From Deltaproteobacteria bacterium (GTDB lineage Bacteria; Myxococcota; XYA12-FULL-58-9): a DNA stretch of 64,000 nucleotides. The stretch lies in assembly GCA_016218825.1 (NCBI GenBank), contig JACRCV010000034.1:12177-76176 (forward strand), given 5' to 3'. Numbering within the stretch: position 1 is the first letter of the stretch; every line of letters starts with the position of its first letter. The position numbers and the translations under genes were made by a program. Shown in pieces: positions 53,822-63,707 of the stretch. The notes beneath the pieces were generated by a model, which was given only the letters and a program-made list of their open reading frames with translations, was not told where the DNA came from and did no database searches.

Positions 53822-54880
53822 ATGGCACGCGAGAAGTTGTGCGTCGGCATCGACATCGGCGCCAGCTCGGTCAAGCTGTGCCAGCTGAAGGTCAGCAAAG
53901 GCGGCCAGGCGCTCGTCAACTTCGGGTTGGTGCCGTTGCCGTCCGAGGCGGTGGTCGACGGCGCGTTGATGAACGCGCCGCGCATCGTCGAGGCGATTCA
54001 GGAGCTGGTGGCGGCGCACAAGATCAAGAACAAGCGCGTCGCGATCTCGGTCTCCGGTCACTCGGTGATCATCAAGAAGATCCCGTTGCCGCAGATGACG
54101 CGCGACGAGCTCGAAGAGTCGATTCAATGGGAGGCGGAGCAGTTCATTCCGTTCGACATCCAGGACGTCAACATCGACGTCCAGATCGTCAACCCCAAGT
54201 CGGCGCAGCAGGGGCAGATGGACGTGGTCCTGGTGGCGGCGAAGAAGGACCTGGTCAACGAGTACACCTCGCTGATCGCCGAGGCCGGCCTGCAGGCGGT
54301 GGTCTGCGACGTCGACGCCTTCGCGATCCAGAACATGTTCACCACCAACTACGACGTCCCGCCGGCCGAGACCGTAGCGCTCGTGAACGTCGGCGCCTCG
54401 AAGACCAACATCAACATCGTCGCCGCCGGCAACCCGAGCTTCACCCGCGACCTGACGATCGGCGGCAACGCGTTCACCGAAGAGATCCAGAAGCAGATGA
54501 ACCTGTCGTTCGACGAGGCCGAGGCCTTGAAGATCGGCGGCAAGGACAACCGCGACACCGACGTCGTCATCCCCCAAGACGTCGAGCGGGCGCTGCAGTC
54601 GGTGGCCGAGAACCTGACCAGCGAGGTGCAGCGCTCCATCGACTTCTACTCGGCGACCAGCGCCGACCCCGCGCCCTCGCAGCTCTATCTCGTGGGCGGC
54701 AGCGCCCGCTTGTTGGCGTTGTCGCGCTCGATGGAGGCGCGCATCGGCGTGCCGGTGCACGTCGCCGATCCCTTCCGCCAGATCCAGGTCAGCCCCCAGG
54801 ACGCCGACTACGTCAAGGCCTTCGGTCCGACCGCCGGGGTCGCGGTCGGCCTGGCGCTGCGCTCCGAGGGGGACGGCTGA
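53822..54880 (+). CDS. pilM: Type IV pilus assembly protein PilM
   Basis: VGIDIGASSVK, SVSGHSVIIKKI, WEAEQFIPF, VLVAAKKD, DVDAFA, GGSA, AVGLALR. Confidence 0.97.
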   Translation: MAREKLCVGIDIGASSVKLCQLKVSKGGQALVNFGLVPLPSEAVVDGALMNAPRIVEAIQELVAAHKIKNKRVAISVSGHSVIIKKIPLPQMTRDELEESIQWEAEQFIPFDIQDVNIDVQIVNPKSAQQGQMDVVLVAAKKDLVNEYTSLIAEAGLQAVVCDVDAFAIQNMFTTNYDVPPAETVALVNVGASKTNINIVAAGNPSFTRDLTIGGNAFTEEIQKQMNLSFDEAEALKIGGKDNRDTDVVIPQDVERALQSVAENLTSEVQRSIDFYSATSADPAPSQLYLVGGSARLLALSRSMEARIGVPVHVADPFRQIQVSPQDADYVKAFGPTAGVAVGLALRSEGDG

Positions 54881-55443
54881 TGCTGCGCATCAACTTACTG
54901 CCGACCAAGGCCGCCAAGAAACACGAGGGCATGCGCCAGGAGATCCTGGTCATCGTCGCGCTGCTGTTGGTGGTCGTGGTCGGCCTCTACATCTGGTCGC
55001 ACCTGATCGGCTCCGATCTGTCGGCGATGGACACTCGCATCGCCACCGTCAGCCAAGAGATCGCGCAGCTGCGTCAGGACGTGGTGCGGGTGGAGGATTT
55101 CAAGAAGAAGGCCGAGGTGCTCGAGAAGAAGATCGGCGTCATCACCCGGCTGCAAAGCCAGCGCACCGGCCCGGCCCACCTGCTCGATGATCTGGCGGTG
55201 ATCCTCACCGAGCAGCACAAGGTGTGGCTGACGCGGCTCGTGGAGGGCGGCGGCGCGCTGGTGCTCGAGGGGGGGGCGATGGAGCACGAGAACATCTCCG
55301 ACTTTCAGCTGGCGCTCGAGAAGCGCTCGAAGTTCATCACCGCGCCGGCCTTGGGCACGGTGAAGTCGAACGACAGTCACGGCGGCGGCGTGGTTTACAT
55401 TGAGTGGAAGATGACCTGTAAGACCAACTACTCGGGGAGCTAG
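54880..55443 (+). CDS. pilN: Type IV pilus assembly protein PilN
   Basis: MLRINLLP motif, TM, coiled coil, VWLT; overlaps the pilM stop. Confidence 0.95.
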   Translation: MLRINLLPTKAAKKHEGMRQEILVIVALLLVVVVGLYIWSHLIGSDLSAMDTRIATVSQEIAQLRQDVVRVEDFKKKAEVLEKKIGVITRLQSQRTGPAHLLDDLAVILTEQHKVWLTRLVEGGGALVLEGGAMEHENISDFQLALEKRSKFITAPALGTVKSNDSHGGGVVYIEWKMTCKTNYSGS

Positions 55444-55448
55444 CCACC

Positions 55449-56036
55449 ATGGAGAAGTTTCTCCAGCACTACGCCAAGATTCCCGCCAAGCAGCGCTACG
55501 CGCTGGCGGGGTTGATCGCCGTGGCGATGGTGGGCGGCTACTACTACCTCTATCACCTGGACGACACCCGGCGGCTCTCCGACTTGCAGCAGCAGTATGC
55601 CAAGCTCGAGGCGGAGCGCGCCGAGAAGCAGGCCTACATCGACAACCTCGCCAAGTACGAGGCCCGTTTGAACGAGCTGCAGCAAGACCTGAACAAGGCG
55701 CGGGCGCAGCTCCCGGACGCCGCCGACGTGCCGCAGCTGTTGGCGCAGCTCGGCAACAAGGCCCGGCAGTCCGGCCTCACCATCGTCAACTTCGAGCCCA
55801 AGGGCGAGTCGCTGCGCGAGTTCGTCGCCGAGCTCAACTTCGCCACCCAGGTGAAGGGCTCGTACCACGAGGTCGCGACCTTCATCGACTCGGTCGGCAA
55901 GCTCGACCGCATCGTCAACGTCTCGGCGCTGAGCCTGGAGACCCCGAAGACCGTCAACAAGAAGATCTTGCTGGACGCCAAGTTCACGCTCTCGACCTTC
56001 CGTTTCCTCGGGGACCAGCCGGAGAAGAAGAAATGA
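55449..56036 (+). CDS. pilO: Type IV pilus assembly protein PilO
   Basis: TM, coil, QLPDAADVPQLL, GSYHEVATF..LDRIVNV, TFRF. Confidence 0.95.
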   Translation: MEKFLQHYAKIPAKQRYALAGLIAVAMVGGYYYLYHLDDTRRLSDLQQQYAKLEAERAEKQAYIDNLAKYEARLNELQQDLNKARAQLPDAADVPQLLAQLGNKARQSGLTIVNFEPKGESLREFVAELNFATQVKGSYHEVATFIDSVGKLDRIVNVSALSLETPKTVNKKILLDAKFTLSTFRFLGDQPEKKK

Positions 56037-56581
56037 GCGCCCGCAGCGATTATCACCGCCGCGCGCTGGCGGTGCTCCTGGTGCTGACCTCGGCCTGCGC
56101 GAGCGAAGAGAGCGGCGGCATGGCCGCGGCGCCTGCCGGCCCGGCGAAGAAGGCCGGCGGTGCAGGCGCGGCCAGCGTCGAGAAGGCGGAGGCGGCGGCG
56201 CCGGCTTCGACCTGGGCCTATTCGCCGATCGGCAAACGGGACCCGTTTCACTCCTACCTCGCCGACCTCGACGAACAGGTGAACAGCGAGCGCGAGCACA
56301 AGATTGAAGAGACCGAGAAGTACGAGCTCGACCAGTATCGATTGACCGGGCTCGTGACCGGCACCGCGCAGCCGAACGCGATGGTCGAGGATCCGACCGG
56401 CCGCGGCCACGTGCTGCACATCGGCACGCGACTCGGGAAGAACGGCGGTCGGGTGACCCGGATCGCCGACGACGCCATCGTCGTCACCGAGGAGTTCCGC
56501 GCCCCCACCGGCGAGCGCGTCCGTCTGCCGATCACGATCAAGCTGCCGAAACCCGACCTCGAAACGAGCGACCGGCCTTGA
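56033..56581 (+). CDS. pilP: Type IV pilus assembly lipoprotein PilP
   Basis: Lipobox TSAC, YSPIGKRDPF, EKYELDQYRLTG, AMVEDPTG, GKNGGRV. Confidence 0.95.
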   Translation: MSARSDYHRRALAVLLVLTSACASEESGGMAAAPAGPAKKAGGAGAASVEKAEAAAPASTWAYSPIGKRDPFHSYLADLDEQVNSEREHKIEETEKYELDQYRLTGLVTGTAQPNAMVEDPTGRGHVLHIGTRLGKNGGRVTRIADDAIVVTEEFRAPTGERVRLPITIKLPKPDLETSDRP

Positions 56582-56600
56582 AGCAGTCGAGGAGCCACTG

Positions 56601-59600
56601 ATGGCAACCACAGCAAGGACACCCCGCATGACCGTCGCCGTTCTTGACCTGACGCGGATGACCGGGCGCAAGACGGCGCTGGTCGCGGCGCTGGCGACGC
56701 TGTTGCCGCTCGACCTCTCGGCGGCGAAGAACGTCATTCAAGGGGTCGACGTCGTCGGCTCCGGCGACACCCGCATCGTCCGCATCCAGACCAGCGTCGA
56801 GCCGACCTTCACGGTGTTTCGGCTCTCGGACCCGATGCGCGTCGTCGTCGACGTCTCCGGCGCCGACCTGTCCGAGCTCGACGCGCCGATCGCCATCGAG
56901 GACGGCTTGATCGATCAGATCGCGACCCGGCAGTTCTCGTCCGACGGCTTCAACATCGGCCGCCTGATGATCGGCTTCACCAAGACCGTCGCCTACGACG
57001 TCCAGGCCGAGGGCAACGCCGTCGTCGTTCGGGTCGGCAACACGCCGCAGACCCAGGTCATCGCCGCCGCGCCGCCGCCGGTGGCGCCCGTCGATCGCGC
57101 CGCCGCCGAGCGCTTCGAGACCGCGCGCGCCGAGGCCGACAAGGCCGCGGAGCGCGCCGCCGAAGAGCGTCGCAACGCGGAGACCGCGGCGAGCCGGGCC
57201 AAGGAGCAAACCGCGCAAGCCGAGAAGATCGCGAAGGAATCGGAGCGCCTGCGCAGCGAGGCCGAGCGCGCCAAGGCCGAGGCCGACGATCTGCGCCGCC
57301 AAGCCAACGACGCGATCAGCCGTGACCGGGCGCAGAGTGAAGCGGCCGCCAAAGAGGCCGAGGCCAAGGTGGTCGAGCTGCAGAAGGCGGCGACCGCGGT
57401 GGCCCGCTCCCGCGCCGCCGCCGAGCGCATCGCGGCCGAGGCCGAGCGCAAGCGCTTGGACGCCGAGGAGACCGCGGCGCGTGCCGAGGCCAAGCACAAG
57501 GAGCAGGTGGCCGAGCTCGAGGAGCGCGTCGCCAAGGCGCAGCAGGAGAAGCAGGCCGCGGAGAAGGCGCGGGAGCGCGCCCAGGTCGCCAAGGCCGAGG
57601 CCGAGCGGGCGGGGGCCGCGGCCGAGCAGGCCCGAGCCGCGGCGTCCAAGGCGCGTGAGGAGATCGACGCCAGGCTCGCCGAGATCAGTGACCGCGAGCG
57701 CGAGGCCCAGGCGGCGCTGCAGCAGCTGCACGGCGAGAAGCGCGCCGTCGCCGCGATGCGCGAGCGCGTCAGCGCCGACCAGGACGCGGTGGAGAAGGCG
57801 CGCCGCGAGCTCGAGGCCAAGGAGCGCGAGGTCGAGGGCAAGCAGGCGGCGATGAGCACCGAGAAGACCCACCTGGTCGCGATGCAGCGCAACGTGGAGG
57901 CGGCGCAGGCGAAGATCGAGAACGACCGCAAGGCCCTCGCCGCCGCCCAGGCCGAGCTGCAGAAGAACGAGGCGGAGCGCTCGGAGCGCGAGCGCCACGC
58001 GGCCGGGGTGCGCAAGGCGACGACCCAGGAGCTCAACGCGCTGCAGGCGGAGCGGACCCGGCTCGAGGAGCTCAAGCGCAGCATCGACGCCGCCCAGGCC
58101 GAGATCAAGCGGGAGCGCGACGCGGTCGCCAGCGTCCAGACCAACCTCGAACGGCTGCAGCCGGAGGCCGAGAAGATCGCGAAGGAGAGCGCCGAGCTCA
58201 AGCGACAGCGCGACGAGCTCGAGCGCAAGCGCCGCGAGCTCGCGGCCGCGGAGGCCAAGGCCAAGGCGGAGGAGCAGGCCCGCAAAGAGGCGCAGGCGCG
58301 CCATGACGACAAGGTGCGCCGCGAAGAGCAGGCCCGTCGCGTCGAGCTGGCGCGCAAGGAAGACGAGCAGCGCCAGGCGCGTCGCGCCCGCGAGGAAGCG
58401 CAGGCCCGCAAGGAGGCGGCGGCACGCGCTCGGGAGAGCAAGAGCGCTCGCAAGGCGGCGAGGGCGGCGAGCGTCGATCCGGAGATGTCGCCCGACCTGG
58501 CGACGGTGGACGAGGCCGACGGTGGCGGGCCCGAGCCCACGGCCGCCGAAGCGCCACCGATGACGCCGGCGAGGACCGGCGCCAAGGGCAACCGGGTGCG
58601 CCTCCTCGGGGTCGAGCCGCGGGGGCGTGACGATCAGACCGGCGTGCTGTTGCTCTTCGACCGCAACCCGACCTTCGACGCCCAACGCCTCGAGAATCCG
58701 CCGCGCCTGGTGGTGGACCTCAAGGACACCGACCGCAGCGTCAGCCGCAGGACCTACGGGGTCCGGAGCCCGTACGTGCGGCGGGTGCGGCTCGGCGACC
58801 ACGGGCAGCTGTTGCGCGTGGTGTTCGATCTGTCGCGCGCCGACACCGAGCACGTGGTGACCGCCACCAGAGAGGGCCTGTTCGTCAGCCTCAAGCCGGC
58901 GGTGGTGGCGAAGGCGCCGCAGGCGACCCCGGCCGCAGCGGTGGTTGCCGCGGTCGAGCCGCCGAAGCCGGTGGCGCCCCAGGGAACGCCGGTGCTCAAG
59001 GACGTGCGTTTCACCGGCAACCCCGACGAGGCGCACATCGTCGTGGAGGTGCCGGCCGGGGCGGTGACCAAGGTCGACGACCGCTCGCCGAAGTCGTGGG
59101 TGCTCGAGATTCGACCCGCGGTGGTGCCGAAGAGCCTGGAGGCTAGCCTCGACACCACGGCGTACGGCTCGGTGGTGCGCCTGGTGTCGACCTACCAGGC
59201 GTCGTTGGAGCCGCCGGTGGTGAACGTCGTCGTCAGTCTCACCGGACCGGCGACCCAGACCCTCGTCGACCAGGGCGGCAAGGTCTCGTGGGTGATCCGC
59301 ACCCAGGCCAAGCCCATGACGGTGGCGTCGGTCGCGGCGCCGCAGACCGCCGGTTTCGCCGCGGACGCGGCGGTGATGGCGGCGAGCACGCCGACGCAGA
59401 CCCGGCAAACCAAGAAGCGCATCTCCATCGACCTCAAGGAAGCCGAGATCGTGAACGTCTTGCGGCTGCTCGCCGAGGTCTCGGGCGCCAACATCGTCAC
59501 CAGCGACGACGTCAAGGGCAAGATCACGCTGCGCTTGCGCGACGTGCCGTGGGACCAGGCGCTCGACACCATCCTCAAGTCGAAGGGCTACGATCGCGAG

Positions 59601-60725
59601 TGGCAGAACAACATCATGCGCATCGCGCCGGCCGGCAAGATCCGCGAAGAGAACGAGATGAAGCTCGCCAAGAAGAAGGCGATGGAGCAGATCGAAGACA
59701 CCAAGATCAAGATGATCACGATCAACTACGCTTCGGCCGCCGACATCGTCGGCCAGATCAAGCCGCTGTTGAGCCCGCGCGGCAGCGTGCAGCCGGAGCC
59801 CCGCACCAACACCATCATCCTCGAGGACGTCGACTCCAACCTCGACCGCGTGGTCGAGCTGGTGCGGCGCTTGGACAAGCAGACGCCGCAGGTCTTGATC
59901 GAGTCCCGGATCGTCGAGGCGTCGAGCAGCAACAACGACGAGCTCGGTATCCAGTGGGGCGGCACCGGGCAGGCGACCGCGATGCAGGGCAACCCGACCG
60001 GGCTGATGTTTCCGGGCGACGTCACGGTGTCCGGCGCGGCCGATCCGGTGAACGGCAACCGCACCGAGGGCACCAGCAACCCCGGCCGGTTCGCGGTCAA
60101 CCTGCCGGCGGCGATCGGCGCCGGCGCCGGCGGCGGCCTGGGCTTCATCTTCGGCTCGGCGGGCGGCAGCCAGCTGCTGAACCTGCGGCTGTCGGCGCTG
60201 GAGTCGAACGGCAAGGGGCGCATCATCAGCTCGCCGCGGATCACGACCCTCGACAACAAGACCGCCAAGATCTCCCAAGGCATCGACATCCCGATCACCG
60301 TGGTGTCGGCGGCCGGCGCCAACACCCGCTTCATCCCCGCGGTCCTCGAGCTCGAGGTGACGCCGCACGTGACCAACGACGGCAGCGTGCTGTTGAAGAT
60401 CAAGACCTCGAAGAACGAGCCCAGCCAGTCGCTGAAGGGCGCGCAGGGCGATCCGGCGATCGAGAAGAAGCAGGCCGAGACCGAGGTGTTGGTGAGAGAC
60501 GGCGACACCACGGTGATCGGCGGCATCTACACCCGCAACACCGCCGAGAGCTATGACGGCGTGCCGTTCTTCTCCGACATCCCGGTGCTCGGCTGGCTGT
60601 TCAAGAAGCGCTCGACGAGCGACAAGCGCGCCGAGCTGTTGGTGTTCATCACGCCGCGGATCATCAACCGCGAGGAGTCGGCGGTGCAGTCGACGTCGCT
60701 GCCGGGCAAGGTCTCGGACAAGTAG
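56601..60725 (+). CDS. pilQ: Type IV pilus secretin PilQ with AMIN domains and a long coiled-coil insertion
   Basis: AMIN (FRLSDPMRVVVDV; LENPPRLVVDL), ISIDLKEAEI..LRDVPWDQALD, QVLIESRIVEA, LSALE..GRIISSPRITT, GVPFFSDIPVLGWLF..ELLVFITPRI. True start may be up to 19 codons later. Confidence 0.96.
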   Translation: MATTARTPRMTVAVLDLTRMTGRKTALVAALATLLPLDLSAAKNVIQGVDVVGSGDTRIVRIQTSVEPTFTVFRLSDPMRVVVDVSGADLSELDAPIAIEDGLIDQIATRQFSSDGFNIGRLMIGFTKTVAYDVQAEGNAVVVRVGNTPQTQVIAAAPPPVAPVDRAAAERFETARAEADKAAERAAEERRNAETAASRAKEQTAQAEKIAKESERLRSEAERAKAEADDLRRQANDAISRDRAQSEAAAKEAEAKVVELQKAATAVARSRAAAERIAAEAERKRLDAEETAARAEAKHKEQVAELEERVAKAQQEKQAAEKARERAQVAKAEAERAGAAAEQARAAASKAREEIDARLAEISDREREAQAALQQLHGEKRAVAAMRERVSADQDAVEKARRELEAKEREVEGKQAAMSTEKTHLVAMQRNVEAAQAKIENDRKALAAAQAELQKNEAERSERERHAAGVRKATTQELNALQAERTRLEELKRSIDAAQAEIKRERDAVASVQTNLERLQPEAEKIAKESAELKRQRDELERKRRELAAAEAKAKAEEQARKEAQARHDDKVRREEQARRVELARKEDEQRQARRAREEAQARKEAAARARESKSARKAARAASVDPEMSPDLATVDEADGGGPEPTAAEAPPMTPARTGAKGNRVRLLGVEPRGRDDQTGVLLLFDRNPTFDAQRLENPPRLVVDLKDTDRSVSRRTYGVRSPYVRRVRLGDHGQLLRVVFDLSRADTEHVVTATREGLFVSLKPAVVAKAPQATPAAAVVAAVEPPKPVAPQGTPVLKDVRFTGNPDEAHIVVEVPAGAVTKVDDRSPKSWVLEIRPAVVPKSLEASLDTTAYGSVVRLVSTYQASLEPPVVNVVVSLTGPATQTLVDQGGKVSWVIRTQAKPMTVASVAAPQTAGFAADAAVMAASTPTQTRQTKKRISIDLKEAEIVNVLRLLAEVSGANIVTSDDVKGKITLRLRDVPWDQALDTILKSKGYDREWQNNIMRIAPAGKIREENEMKLAKKKAMEQIEDTKIKMITINYASAADIVGQIKPLLSPRGSVQPEPRTNTIILEDVDSNLDRVVELVRRLDKQTPQVLIESRIVEASSSNNDELGIQWGGTGQATAMQGNPTGLMFPGDVTVSGAADPVNGNRTEGTSNPGRFAVNLPAAIGAGAGGGLGFIFGSAGGSQLLNLRLSALESNGKGRIISSPRITTLDNKTAKISQGIDIPITVVSAAGANTRFIPAVLELEVTPHVTNDGSVLLKIKTSKNEPSQSLKGAQGDPAIEKKQAETEVLVRDGDTTVIGGIYTRNTAESYDGVPFFSDIPVLGWLFKKRSTSDKRAELLVFITPRIINREESAVQSTSLPGKVSDK

Positions 60726-60735
60726 GAGGTCGACG

Positions 60736-61407
60736 ATGGAGCGCGGCAGACATCGAAGTGGCGAGGCCCGGACGTGGCCGGACGAGGCGCCGCACCCGGA
60801 CAGCGTCCCGGCCGTGGTGTCGATGCCGGCGGCGGCGTTGTCGCCGGCGCGCTCGCACCTGGTGGTCGTGGGCTTCATGGGCGCGGGCAAGAGCACCGTC
60901 GGCAGGCTGATCGCCGAGCGCACCGGCCGGCCCTTCGTCGACCTCGACGACGCGATCGCAGAAGAGGCCGGCCAGTGCATCGCCGACTTCATCCGCAAGA
61001 GCGGCGCGGTGGCGCTCAAGGCCAAGGAGCGCGCGGTGCTGCGGCGCCTGCTCGCGTCGTCGCAGCCGTTGGTCATCGCCACCGGCGGCGAGACCTTCTT
61101 GGACACCACGGTGCGCGACTGGCTGCGGGTGCGGGCGCACACGGTGTTCCTCGAGGCCGAGCCCGAGACCCTGGTGCGGCGGCTGTCGGCGGGGAACCCC
61201 TTGCAGCAGCGCCCGGTGAAGCCGGGGCCGAACCTGGTCGAGACGGTGCGGCGGCAGCTCGTGGGGGTCACCCCGATCTATCGCGAGGCGAGCTTGACGG
61301 TGCACAATGATGGGGAGCGGATCGAAGAGGTGGTCGGCGAGATCGCGCGGCAGCTGCGCCTCGACCGCACTGAGCACGGCCGCACGCCGCGGCGCGCGGC
61401 TGGATGA
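60736..61407 (+). CDS. aroK: Shikimate kinase-like protein (substrate-binding residues diverged)
   Basis: AGGAGG RBS; GFMGAGKSTVG, FVDLD, VIATGG, lid RP; conserved position after pilQ. Confidence 0.8.
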   Translation: MERGRHRSGEARTWPDEAPHPDSVPAVVSMPAAALSPARSHLVVVGFMGAGKSTVGRLIAERTGRPFVDLDDAIAEEAGQCIADFIRKSGAVALKAKERAVLRRLLASSQPLVIATGGETFLDTTVRDWLRVRAHTVFLEAEPETLVRRLSAGNPLQQRPVKPGPNLVETVRRQLVGVTPIYREASLTVHNDGERIEEVVGEIARQLRLDRTEHGRTPRRAAG

Positions 61408-61420
61408 AGGAGGCTTGGTG

Positions 61421-62347
61421 ATGAAGACGACGATGCTCTCCAGTGTGTGTGTGGTCCTGGTCAGCGCCTGCGGCGTCGAGCACGGGACGTCGCTGCAGCT
61501 GGTCCGGATTGCCAAGCCGAGCGGCGCGTGCACCACCGACCCCGAGCCCCAGGCTGCACTCGCTCGCGGCTTCTTCGATCCGCGGGGCTTCATCAACGCC
61601 GGCCCGGCGTTCTCCTATTCGCTGGCACCCAATATCCGCAACAACATGTCTCCCGCGGTCGCCGACGCGGCGGTGAGCTTCAGCCCGACCAACCGCAGAC
61701 CCGACGGCAACGACGTCCTGCTTCACGGCTTCGACATCTGTTGGTTCCGCGCCGACGCTGAAGGGGGGAGCCCCGAAGCTATGCGCTATGGCGCGTGGGA
61801 GGACGGGCCGCCGGACAGTCTCAAGTGCGACAACCTGCCCGCCAGTCAGCGGGCCTTCATCCCGGCCACCGGGCAGGTCCCGGCCAACTCCGGCCAGCTC
61901 AGCCTATTCGTCGACGTTCTGGATCTGGCGGCAATGCGGACAATGTACGGCTCGGGCTTCGATCCAAGTGCGCTACCGGCGCGCGGGCTGAACGCCACGA
62001 CCGGGACCTACTTCTACGGCACGGCGGACGCTCCGAGCGCGGCGCCGCGGAACGCGGCGTGGGGCACCTATCCGCATGAGAACGTCGCCACCGTGGTGCT
62101 GCAAATCCAGGCGTTGGGGAAGCTGCAAGCGGGCACCTCGGTGAAGTCGAACTGGCTCGTCCACCCGATCGACGTGTGCGTCGGCTGCCTGGCGGATGCG
62201 TGCGGGCTGCTCACCATCGACGCGAGCGTCGCCTGTGCGGTCGGGACCACCGGGGTCAGTGGCCTCGCGATGGCCCCGATTACGAGTTGCCTGCCGTTTC
62301 AGGACGTGCAGCTCAATTGCACCCAGTATTCCACCTGCGTGCGTTGA
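61421..62347 (+). CDS. Hypothetical lipoprotein
   Basis: AAGGAGG RBS, MKTT..VVLVSAC lipobox, Cys-rich C-terminus. Confidence 0.8.
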   Translation: MKTTMLSSVCVVLVSACGVEHGTSLQLVRIAKPSGACTTDPEPQAALARGFFDPRGFINAGPAFSYSLAPNIRNNMSPAVADAAVSFSPTNRRPDGNDVLLHGFDICWFRADAEGGSPEAMRYGAWEDGPPDSLKCDNLPASQRAFIPATGQVPANSGQLSLFVDVLDLAAMRTMYGSGFDPSALPARGLNATTGTYFYGTADAPSAAPRNAAWGTYPHENVATVVLQIQALGKLQAGTSVKSNWLVHPIDVCVGCLADACGLLTIDASVACAVGTTGVSGLAMAPITSCLPFQDVQLNCTQYSTCVR

Positions 62348-62569
62348 CCCCGGCGCTTGACTCCCGATCCTGAACGGCCTACCCCATGGAGGGTGTCCCC
62401 GACCACTTGGGATACACCGACGATGGCGGAGCTGTTCCTGCGGCAGGGACTTCCGGCGCGGGCGGTCGCCATCTACCGCAAGCGGGTGCGCGAGCACCCG
62501 GAGGACGAGGTAGCCGCCAGGCGTCTCGCCGAGCTCGAGACACAGAACGCGGGTCAATCTGGAGGAGCC

Positions 62570-62935
62570 ATGGGTTTTCGAGAGCCTCTGCAGCGCATCG
62601 TCGACACGACGCCCGGCGCCATCGCCAGCACCCTGATGGGGTTTGACGGCATCGCCATCGACACCTATCAGGTGGGCGAGTCGGAGCTGGACGTCGCGAC
62701 GCTACTCATCGAATACGCCGGCGCGGTGCAGCAGCTCCGCCGCACCGCGGACACCATGCCGCAGGTGGGGAAGGTGGCGCAGGTGGAGATCCAGGCGCAC
62801 AACCTCGTCGCGATGATGCGGCCGGTGACCGACGAGATCTTCCTCGGCGTGGTGCTGCGCGCCGACGCGATGACCGGCAAAGCCCGCTATCTGATGCGCC
62901 TCGCCGTGCCCCACTTCGTCAAAGAGCTGAGCTGA
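62570..62935 (+). CDS. mglC: Roadblock/LC7 polarity protein MglC (frame open upstream to 62357 with a TPR-like extension)
   Basis: GGAGGAG RBS + MGFREPLQRIV..TLMGFDGIAIDT..EYA..GKARYLMR; position between pilQ and efp as I recall for Myxococcus. Confidence 0.85.
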   Translation: MGFREPLQRIVDTTPGAIASTLMGFDGIAIDTYQVGESELDVATLLIEYAGAVQQLRRTADTMPQVGKVAQVEIQAHNLVAMMRPVTDEIFLGVVLRADAMTGKARYLMRLAVPHFVKELS

Positions 62936-63039
62936 GCCGCGGTCGTAGACGCTCGACTCCCGCATGATCTTTGTGTTAGAGCACCGCCTTCGCAACCGGC
63001 GGCCAGGGGAATTCCGGCCGCGAGCGTCCAGGTGGTGTC

Positions 63040-63603
63040 ATGTACGAAGTGTCTGATTTTCGCACCGGTTTGAAGATCGAATACGAAGGCGAGCCGTATA
63101 TCGTCGTCGAGTTTCAGCACGTCAAGCCCGGCAAAGGCAACGCGTTTACCCGCACGAAGCTGAAGAGCCTGCTCTCCGGTCGGACCATCCAGCCGACCTT
63201 CAAGTCGGGCGAGACCTTCGGCGAGCCGGACGTGGAAGAGAAGCAGATGCAGTATCTCTACCACGACGACGACCACTACACCTTCATGGACACCACGACC
63301 TACGACCAGGTGGCGGTGCAAAAAGAGCTCCTCGGTGACCAGGTGAGCTGGCTGCAGGAGAACTCGACCTGCGCGGTGTTGTTCTGGAACGGCAAGCCGC
63401 TGGCGGTGACGTTGCCGACCTTCGTGGTGTTGAAGATCACGAGCTGCGAGCCCGGGGTCCGCGGTGACACCGCGACCAACGCCTCGAAGCCGGCGACGCT
63501 GGAGTCGGGCGGCATCGTGAACGTGCCGCTGTTCATCAACGAGGGTGAGCGGGTCAAGATCGACACTCGCACCGGCTCTTACGTCGAGCGCGTCAACTAC
63601 TAG
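63040..63603 (+). CDS. efp: Elongation factor P
   Basis: HVKPGKGNAF, PGVRGDTA..KPATLESG..VPLFI..IDTRTG.YVER. Confidence 0.98.
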   Translation: MYEVSDFRTGLKIEYEGEPYIVVEFQHVKPGKGNAFTRTKLKSLLSGRTIQPTFKSGETFGEPDVEEKQMQYLYHDDDHYTFMDTTTYDQVAVQKELLGDQVSWLQENSTCAVLFWNGKPLAVTLPTFVVLKITSCEPGVRGDTATNASKPATLESGGIVNVPLFINEGERVKIDTRTGSYVERVNY

Positions 63604-63707
63604 CGGCGCCGAGGGCGAGCGCGGGGCGGAGGCTTCGCGGTCTCGCGACACTGGAGCCGGCAGGGGCGGCGTGCTATCGTCCGAAGCGGACGTAGCCCAG
63701 ATTTCGC

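Noticed and set aside
56538-61271. 1577-aa minus-strand ORF
   Set aside because: Antisense shadow of pilQ and aroK.
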